The notes under the pieces were generated by a model. The model saw nothing but the letters and a program-made list of their open reading frames with translations, was not told where the DNA came from and made no database searches. A stretch of 32,000 nt of DNA from Lachnospiraceae bacterium (GTDB lineage Bacteria; Bacillota; Clostridia; Lachnospirales; Lachnospiraceae), in assembly GCA_029338675.1 (NCBI GenBank), contig JAQYAV010000058.1, positions 23,256 through 55,255 on the forward strand. Reading direction: 5' to 3'. Shown here piece after piece: positions 25,915-32,000 of the stretch. A program made the position numbers and the translations under genes. Numbering within the stretch: position 1 is the stretch's first letter; each line of letters starts with the position of its first letter.

Positions 25915-27255
25915 ATGTGTGAATTATTTAGAAAGACAACATCAATTGAAGAGTTTTCTAAACAGGAATTATTCCAAATGGCTTTTTTTGAAACGGTTAC
26001 TAATTACTATAATTGGAATTGGTTAAGAGAAAGGCTTTCTTTTTATGAGGAATTTGGACTAAGTGATTTTGCTTTTGTACATTTCGATATAAAAGATTTT
26101 AAGATGGTTAACGAACTATATGGTCATGATGTAGGAGATAAATTACTTAGACGTGTATGTCGGACTATGGATGCTTTAGAATGGGCATATTTTTGTTGCA
26201 GATGCGAAAATGATAATTTTGCAATGATGATTCGGAAGATGCCAGATGATGAGATACAAAAAAAACTCGAGGATATGTTCGATAGTCTATCTGTTTTAGA
26301 AGAAGATACGCAATATCCAATTTATTTCAGATGTGGTGTTGCATCAATTGATAACGTTTCAGATTATAGAGCATTAATTACTGATTTGGCCAAAATGGCT
26401 CAGAATCTTGGCGTTAGAGCTAATACAACAGAGATATTTTTCTATACAAACGAGATGAAGGATGAGCAATTTAAGAGTAAGCGTATTAAGAAGGAATTAT
26501 CTAAAGCTATAGAAAATGATGAATTAATGGTTTATTATCAGCCAAAGTTTAATCCTGTAGATAATAGCTTGGTTGGTGCAGAGGCGCTTATTAGATGGAA
26601 TTTTAAGCATGAAAGAATGATTCCACCTTGTGATTTTGTCCCTTATCTTGAGAAGGAAGGCGCAATTGGAAGAGTTGATAACTTTGTACTGGAGCAGGTT
26701 TGCAAGAATCTTGAACAGTGGAAGAAGGATGGGGTTAAGCTCGTACCTATTTCCGTTAATATGTCACGTGTTCAGTTGTATAGCCCACTCATTATACAGA
26801 ATATTCTTTCTATTGTTGATAAATATGATGTAGAAAGAGAATATATAGAATTTGAGCTTACAGAATCACTTGCATATGGCGATGTGGACTACATGTTAAG
26901 TGTGATGAAGCAGCTTAGAAAACTTGGATTTTTACTATCCATAGATGATTTTGGAACTGGATATTCATCACTTAATTTGCTATCTAATATGCCACTTACT
27001 ACTCTTAAAATTGACAAGAGCTTTGTAGATGGAATTGGAATATATGAGGATGGACGTTCAGATTATATAGTGAAAAATATATTAGATATTACAAAGCATT
27101 TCCAAATATACAGTGTAGCTGAAGGTGTTGAAACAATTGAGCAAAAGGACTTATTGTTAGAGTGGGGTTGTAATAGTATTCAGGGCTATTATTATAGTAA
27201 ACCTGTTCCAGAAGCAGATTTTTTAATGCTCTTAAAAAGACAAAACAGTAATTAG
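25915..27255 (+). CDS. Cytoplasmic degenerate-GGDEF / intact-EAL protein (predicted c-di-GMP phosphodiesterase)
   Basis: The GGDEF position reads RCENDNF. EAL-domain motifs are intact: GAEALIRW, EFELTES, DDFGTGYSS, KIDKSF, AEGVET and QGYYYSKP. There is no TM or sensor domain. Confidence 0.9.
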   Translation: MCELFRKTTSIEEFSKQELFQMAFFETVTNYYNWNWLRERLSFYEEFGLSDFAFVHFDIKDFKMVNELYGHDVGDKLLRRVCRTMDALEWAYFCCRCENDNFAMMIRKMPDDEIQKKLEDMFDSLSVLEEDTQYPIYFRCGVASIDNVSDYRALITDLAKMAQNLGVRANTTEIFFYTNEMKDEQFKSKRIKKELSKAIENDELMVYYQPKFNPVDNSLVGAEALIRWNFKHERMIPPCDFVPYLEKEGAIGRVDNFVLEQVCKNLEQWKKDGVKLVPISVNMSRVQLYSPLIIQNILSIVDKYDVEREYIEFELTESLAYGDVDYMLSVMKQLRKLGFLLSIDDFGTGYSSLNLLSNMPLTTLKIDKSFVDGIGIYEDGRSDYIVKNILDITKHFQIYSVAEGVETIEQKDLLLEWGCNSIQGYYYSKPVPEADFLMLLKRQNSN

Positions 27256-27314
27256 TTTATTTGATTTGTTGTATTATTTTGGAGTGCAAATTATATAGTT
27301 GGGGAGATGATTGC

Positions 27315-29117
27315 ATGGCATGGTATGATGAGGCAGTATTTTATCACATTTATCCTTTGGGATTATTAGGTGCGCCAAAGCTTAATTCTTATGGAAAGGT
27401 GGATAAGAGACTTCCTAAGCTTCTTCCTTGGATTGAACATATTAAAGAAATAGGCTGTAACGCTATTTATATAGGTCCGTTATTTATGTCTGTAGGACAT
27501 GGATACGAGACAACGGATTATAAGGTTTTAGATTCCCGTCTTGGAGATAATGATGATTTGAAAGCATTTGTGGCAAGATGTCATGAGCTTGACATGAAGG
27601 TTATCTTTGATGGTGTGTTTAATCACACAGGAAGAGATTTCTTTGCATTCAAGGATTTAAAGGAGCATAGAGAGAATTCTAGATATAAAGACTGGTATTG
27701 TAATGTTAACTTTTATGGAAATAATAGCTATAATGATGGCTTTTCATATGAAAACTGGGGCGGATATGATCTTTTAGTTAAGCTAAACCAAAAAAATGGT
27801 GAGGTAAAGGATTACATTTGCAATGTTATTAGATATTGGGTTAGTGAGTTTGATGTTGATGGCATTAGATTAGATGCTGCAGATGTTCTTGACTTCGATT
27901 TTATGAAGGAATTAAGAAGAACTGCTGATTCAGTTAAGAAAGATTTCTGGCTTATGGGAGAGGTTATTCATGGTGAGTATAGCAGATGGGCTAATCATGA
28001 TACACTTCATTCAGTTACTAATTATCATTTGCATAAGGCTCTTTATTCGGGACATAATGACCACAATTATTTTGAGATAGCGCATACTGTAAAGCGTTTG
28101 TATGATATGGGTGGTAATAATCCAAATGGCTTGAAGCTATATAATTTTGTAGATAATCATGATGTAGAGAGAATATATACAAAGCTTAGTAATAAGGCTA
28201 ATTTCTTCCCTGTACATGTTTTGTTATATTCATTGCCAGGTATTCCATCAATATATTATGGATCTGAATTTGGAATTGAAGGAAGAAAATATCGCGGTGG
28301 AAGTGATGATGATATAAGACCTTGCTTAGAGCTTGAAGATTATAAGGATGCAATAAATAACAATCCTTGTACGAAGATTGTTTCAGCACTTGGAAAGATA
28401 AGACAGAGAAATAAGGCACTTTCTTATGGTGATTATAGAGAAGTAAAATTGACGAATCGCCAGTTCGTTTTCGTTAGAAATTACTATGATGACAATGTGA
28501 TTGTTTCAGTGAATAATGATGAATCACCTTGCACAGTTTCCACAGGTAATCTTCCAGATGGAGAATATGTAGGTGCTATTTCAGGAAGAAGCTTATCTGT
28601 TACTAATGGATATGCAGATATTTATCTAGACGCTAATTCTGGTGAAATTTGGGTTCACAAGGCTGCTATGTCAGATGAATTTGTTGGTAATATTGATACG
28701 CCAAAGGTTAATGATAATGTTGGAAATATCAATGCAGATGAAGATGATATCGAGGCTAGAGAGATAAATATTGAAGATAATAGCGTTAAGGACTTTGAGC
28801 AAGGCTGTGAAGCAGAAGTGGTTGATGCTAGTAACAAAGCATTAGAAGCAGCTTGTGAAAAGAAAGAGAAGCTTGTTTCTAGTGGTTTAGAAAATAATGC
28901 AGCAAAGAAATATAATCTTGGAGACGAATATAGTCATATTGATTCAGAACTAATAAAGAATAGAACTGATTACGAGGCTATGAGTATTGAAGAACTTCAG
29001 GTGGCTATATTAGAGAAAATGGCTCAAGATGGTCCTGTTACTGATGACATGAAGAGAACAGTAATGGAAAATAGACATAGTGGTTCATTGAACAACTGGG
29101 TGAAGAGCTTTAGATAA
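27315..29117 (+). CDS. GH13 alpha-amylase-family glycoside hydrolase (cytoplasmic) with an acidic C-terminal extension of about 140 aa
   Basis: GH13 regions DGVFNHT, GIRLDAADV, MGEVIHG and FVDNHD. There is no signal peptide. I prefer ATG 27315 (GGGGAG RBS); the ORF track starts at 27261. Confidence 0.9.
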   Translation: MAWYDEAVFYHIYPLGLLGAPKLNSYGKVDKRLPKLLPWIEHIKEIGCNAIYIGPLFMSVGHGYETTDYKVLDSRLGDNDDLKAFVARCHELDMKVIFDGVFNHTGRDFFAFKDLKEHRENSRYKDWYCNVNFYGNNSYNDGFSYENWGGYDLLVKLNQKNGEVKDYICNVIRYWVSEFDVDGIRLDAADVLDFDFMKELRRTADSVKKDFWLMGEVIHGEYSRWANHDTLHSVTNYHLHKALYSGHNDHNYFEIAHTVKRLYDMGGNNPNGLKLYNFVDNHDVERIYTKLSNKANFFPVHVLLYSLPGIPSIYYGSEFGIEGRKYRGGSDDDIRPCLELEDYKDAINNNPCTKIVSALGKIRQRNKALSYGDYREVKLTNRQFVFVRNYYDDNVIVSVNNDESPCTVSTGNLPDGEYVGAISGRSLSVTNGYADIYLDANSGEIWVHKAAMSDEFVGNIDTPKVNDNVGNINADEDDIEAREINIEDNSVKDFEQGCEAEVVDASNKALEAACEKKEKLVSSGLENNAAKKYNLGDEYSHIDSELIKNRTDYEAMSIEELQVAILEKMAQDGPVTDDMKRTVMENRHSGSLNNWVKSFR

Positions 29118-29158
29118 ATCAATTTAAGAAAATAACATTATATCATTCCCCCATAAAG

Positions 29159-29199
29159 GCTAATATGATAGGAGTCAATCCTTCATATTAGCTTTTTTT
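29159..29199 (+). terminator. Intrinsic terminator after the GH13 gene
   Basis: gctaatatga-t-agga-gtcaa-tcct-tcatattagc followed by T7. Confidence 0.7.
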
Positions 29200-29312
29200 A
29201 TATGTCAGGAATAATCCAAAGCTTGTAATAGTGAATAATAAAAGACTTATGCACATATGATAATTAATGGCATTTTTTGATATAGAACAGATTGTAAATA
29301 TGAAGTGGGTTA

Positions 29313-29341
29313 TTGACGTTAACTATAACATATAATATAAA
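29313..29341 (+). promoter_or_regulatory. Candidate sigma-A promoter for metNIQ
   Basis: TTGACG (29313-29318), 17-nt spacer, TATAAA (29336-29341). Confidence 0.5.
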
Positions 29342-29446
29342 TTAGCAATTAGACATGCTGAAATATGGGTGTTATTATCAGTGCATATCAAAAACATGCA
29401 TGTTATTTAAGATAAATATTTCGAATTGGAAGGAAGTGAGGTCAAG

Positions 29447-30463
29447 ATGTCATTTATAGAGCTAATAAATGTAAATAAAGTATTTGGAGAAGGAGAAAAT
29501 AAGGTTGAAGCATTGAAGGATATTAATCTTTCAATTGAAGAATCGGATATATATGGAATAATCGGTATGTCTGGAGCAGGAAAAAGCACTTTGGTACGAT
29601 GTTTGAATTATCTGGAAAAACCAACAAGTGGAGAGGTAATAATTGATAACAAGAACCTTGGCAAGCTTACTGAAAAGGAACTAAGAAAGGAAAGAAGTAA
29701 TATAGCAATGATTTTCCAGCATTTCAATTTATTGATGCAAAGGACAGTGCTAAAAAATGTTTGTTTCCCACTTAGATTAAGAGGCGTAAAGAAAAAGGAG
29801 GCAGAAGAAAAAGCTTACGAATTACTTGAGATGGTTGGACTAGCAGATAAAGCAAAAGCGTATCCTTCAAAATTATCAGGAGGACAAAAACAAAGAGTTG
29901 CAATTGCAAGAGCCTTAGCATCAAATCCAAAGCTTCTATTATGTGACGAGGCAACGAGTGCATTAGACCCACAGACTACAGCTTCAATATTAGAGCTTCT
30001 TAAAGAAATAAATGAGAAGTATAACATTACAATCGTAATAATAACTCATCAAATGAGTGTTATACAGGAAATATGTAACAAAGTAGCAATTGTATTAGAT
30101 GGTCAAATTGTTGAAGAAGGAAAGGTTGATGAAATATTTGCCAATCCAAAATCAAATGCAGCGAAAAAATTAATAATTGGTGATCTTGTTGAGGAAAGTG
30201 CATATATAGATGAAATCACAAACAAAAGCACAAAGAATAAGATTAGAGCGGTGTTTAATACAAACTCAGCCTTCGAGCCAGTTATTGCAAATGCCATATT
30301 AAAGTTTAATAAACCAATAAATATACTTCATGCAAATACAAGAAATGTTGGTGGCATAGCTAAGGGTGAAATAATACTTGGTTTACCTGATGAAAAAGAA
30401 GTAAGTGAGGCTATCAAACAGTATTTGCGAGAATGTAATCTTACAGTTCAGGAGGTGGAATAA
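29447..30463 (+). CDS. metN: Methionine ABC transporter ATP-binding protein
   Basis: GMSGAGKST, LSGGQKQRVAIARAL, LLCDEATSALD and a C-terminal NIL-type domain. The start is ATG 29447 (MSFIELINV). Confidence 0.9.
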   Translation: MSFIELINVNKVFGEGENKVEALKDINLSIEESDIYGIIGMSGAGKSTLVRCLNYLEKPTSGEVIIDNKNLGKLTEKELRKERSNIAMIFQHFNLLMQRTVLKNVCFPLRLRGVKKKEAEEKAYELLEMVGLADKAKAYPSKLSGGQKQRVAIARALASNPKLLLCDEATSALDPQTTASILELLKEINEKYNITIVIITHQMSVIQEICNKVAIVLDGQIVEEGKVDEIFANPKSNAAKKLIIGDLVEESAYIDEITNKSTKNKIRAVFNTNSAFEPVIANAILKFNKPINILHANTRNVGGIAKGEIILGLPDEKEVSEAIKQYLRECNLTVQEVE

Positions 30464-30464
30464 A

Positions 30465-31121
30465 ATGTTTGAAAATGAAGTGATAGAAATGCTATTAGAA
30501 GGCATAAGAGACACAGTTTATATGACATTAGTTTCAACATTTATAGGATATCTTCTAGGACTTCCAATGGGAATTGCGCTTGCTGTTACGGATAAAGATG
30601 GAATTAAACCTAACAGAGTGATTTATAGAATTTTTGATGTGATATCAAATATTGTTAGAAGTATACCATTTCTAATTTTGCTAATTGTAATGATACCAAT
30701 TACAAGATTGATTGTAGGTAAAAGCTATGGCTCAACTGCAACAATAGTGCCATTGGTTGCAACAGCAACTCCATATATCGCCAGATTAGTTGAATCATCA
30801 ATTAAGGAGGTTGATAAAGGAGTAATAGAGGCTGCAAAGTCAATGGGAGCATCTAATTTTCAGATAATTACAAAGGTCTTATTAGTTGAGGCAAGAACAT
30901 CTATTATTACTGGTGCTACTATAGCGACAGGAACAATTTTAGGATATTCTGCTATGGCAGGAACTGTTGGCGGCGGTGGCTTAGGTGATATCGCAGTTAG
31001 ATATGGGTATTATAGATGGCAAACAGACATAATGATAATAACGGTTGTGTTGATTATAGTGTTGTTCCAGATATTCCAGAATGCAGGAATGTTTACAGCA
31101 AAACGATTAGATAGAAGATAA
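30465..31121 (+). CDS. metI: Methionine ABC transporter permease
   Basis: It starts 1 nt after the metN stop with a GGAGGTGG RBS. It has five TM segments and the EAA-like loop IEAAKSMGAS. The ORF track's 30405 start overlaps metN. Confidence 0.9.
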   Translation: MFENEVIEMLLEGIRDTVYMTLVSTFIGYLLGLPMGIALAVTDKDGIKPNRVIYRIFDVISNIVRSIPFLILLIVMIPITRLIVGKSYGSTATIVPLVATATPYIARLVESSIKEVDKGVIEAAKSMGASNFQIITKVLLVEARTSIITGATIATGTILGYSAMAGTVGGGGLGDIAVRYGYYRWQTDIMIITVVLIIVLFQIFQNAGMFTAKRLDRR

Positions 31122-31178
31122 ATATTAAAAGAAATAATTTAGAAATATTAGAAAAAAGCGAGAAAGAAGGAATTATAT

Positions 31179-32000
31179 ATGAAGAGAAGATTATTTACAT
31201 TATTAGTAGCAGGTGTTTTAACAGTTTCAGCATTATCAGGATGTGGTAAGAGTGATAAAAAGGACGAGAAAACAATAAAAGTTGCAGCTTCTGCAACACC
31301 ACATGCAGAAATCTTAGAGCAGGCTAAGCCTATACTTAAGGAGCAAGGTTACAACTTAGAGATTACAGTATTTGATGATTATGTTCAGCCAATGACAGTT
31401 GTTGAATCAGGAGAATTCGATGCAAATTACATGGCACACATTCCTTATGTTGATTCATTTAATGAAGAGCAGGGAACACATATTGTTAATGCAGGTGGAA
31501 TTCACTATGAGCCATTTGGAATATATCCAGGAAAGAAGAAAACATTAGAAGAAGTTTCAGATGGTGATGTGGTTGCAGTACCAAATGATACAACAAACGA
31601 AGCAAGAGCACTTTTACTATTGCAGGATAATGGCTTGATTAAGTTAAAGGATGGCGCAGGTCTTACAGCAACTGTAAATGATATAGCAGAAAATCCTCAT
31701 AAACTTGAGATTAAAGAGCTTGAAGCAGCTCAGGTGGCAAGAGTAAAAGACGAAGTAGCATATGTTGTGTTAAACGGTAATTATGCACTTAGTGCAGGCC
31801 TTTCAGTAGCAAAGGATTCAATTGCATTTGAGTCAAGTGATTCAGAGGCTGCAAAGACATATGTTAACATCGTGGGTGTAAAGGAAGGCCGTGAAAATGA
31901 TGAAGCAATTAAGGCTTTAGTTAAGGTGTTACAGTCTGAGGATATAGTAAAATATATTACTGATACATATGATGGAGCAGTAATAAGTTTTTCAAAATAA
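31179..32000 (+). CDS. metQ: Methionine-binding lipoprotein (NlpA/MetQ family)
   Basis: Signal peptide with lipobox LSGC. IKVAASATPHAEIL and VPNDTTNEARALLLL are typical of MetQ. The stop codon is the last three bases of the window. Confidence 0.9.
   Translation: MKRRLFTLLVAGVLTVSALSGCGKSDKKDEKTIKVAASATPHAEILEQAKPILKEQGYNLEITVFDDYVQPMTVVESGEFDANYMAHIPYVDSFNEEQGTHIVNAGGIHYEPFGIYPGKKKTLEEVSDGDVVAVPNDTTNEARALLLLQDNGLIKLKDGAGLTATVNDIAENPHKLEIKELEAAQVARVKDEVAYVVLNGNYALSAGLSVAKDSIAFESSDSEAAKTYVNIVGVKEGRENDEAIKALVKVLQSEDIVKYITDTYDGAVISFSK

Overview
This is a low-GC, Clostridia/Lachnospiraceae-like chromosomal segment, judged from AT-rich codon usage and strong GGAGG-type ribosome-binding sites. Most large ORFs lie on the + strand. 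The content is housekeeping plus signalling.

Genes, in order:
- asnB 3' end and a RelQ/RelP-type small alarmone synthetase
- a two-gene ABC transporter and a cytoplasmic PAS hybrid histidine kinase
- a Crp/Fnr regulator divergent from a 4Fe-4S protein and cupin operon
- a YitT-family membrane protein and a small membrane protein
- a tRNA-dihydrouridine synthase
- two proteins with a degenerate GGDEF domain and an intact EAL domain
- an orphan DUF285-like repeat protein
- bioB, a flavodoxin-fold FMN reductase, a MetRS-like ligase, pyk and metY
- a membrane protein, an ABC-F ATPase, a GH13 glycosidase and metNIQ

I found no rRNA, tRNA, CRISPR array, transposase, integrase, phage gene or recognisable defence gene. 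I cannot point to a convincing novel multi-gene system.

Signals not explained by the ORF track:
1. A yybP-ykoY (Mn2+) riboswitch-like leader with a terminator sits in front of a decayed cation/Ca2+ antiporter remnant. That remnant runs in frame into the YitT gene.
2. An in-frame TAA splits a normally single 4Fe-4S protein gene.
3. Five tandem 37-38 bp units, each carrying a 7-N10-7 palindrome, lie between the Crp/Fnr gene and that operon.
4. bioB is bracketed by a 22-bp x5 array upstream, next to a BirA-type operator, and a 24-bp x6 array that starts inside its stop codon.
5. An identical 11-mer occurs in the upstream regions of metY and metNIQ, neither of which has S-box or T-box hallmarks.
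6. There is a probable homopolymer frameshift in a small membrane-protein gene, and a G8 tract next to a promoter.

All coordinates were hand-indexed and all calls rest on motif recognition, not on database searches.
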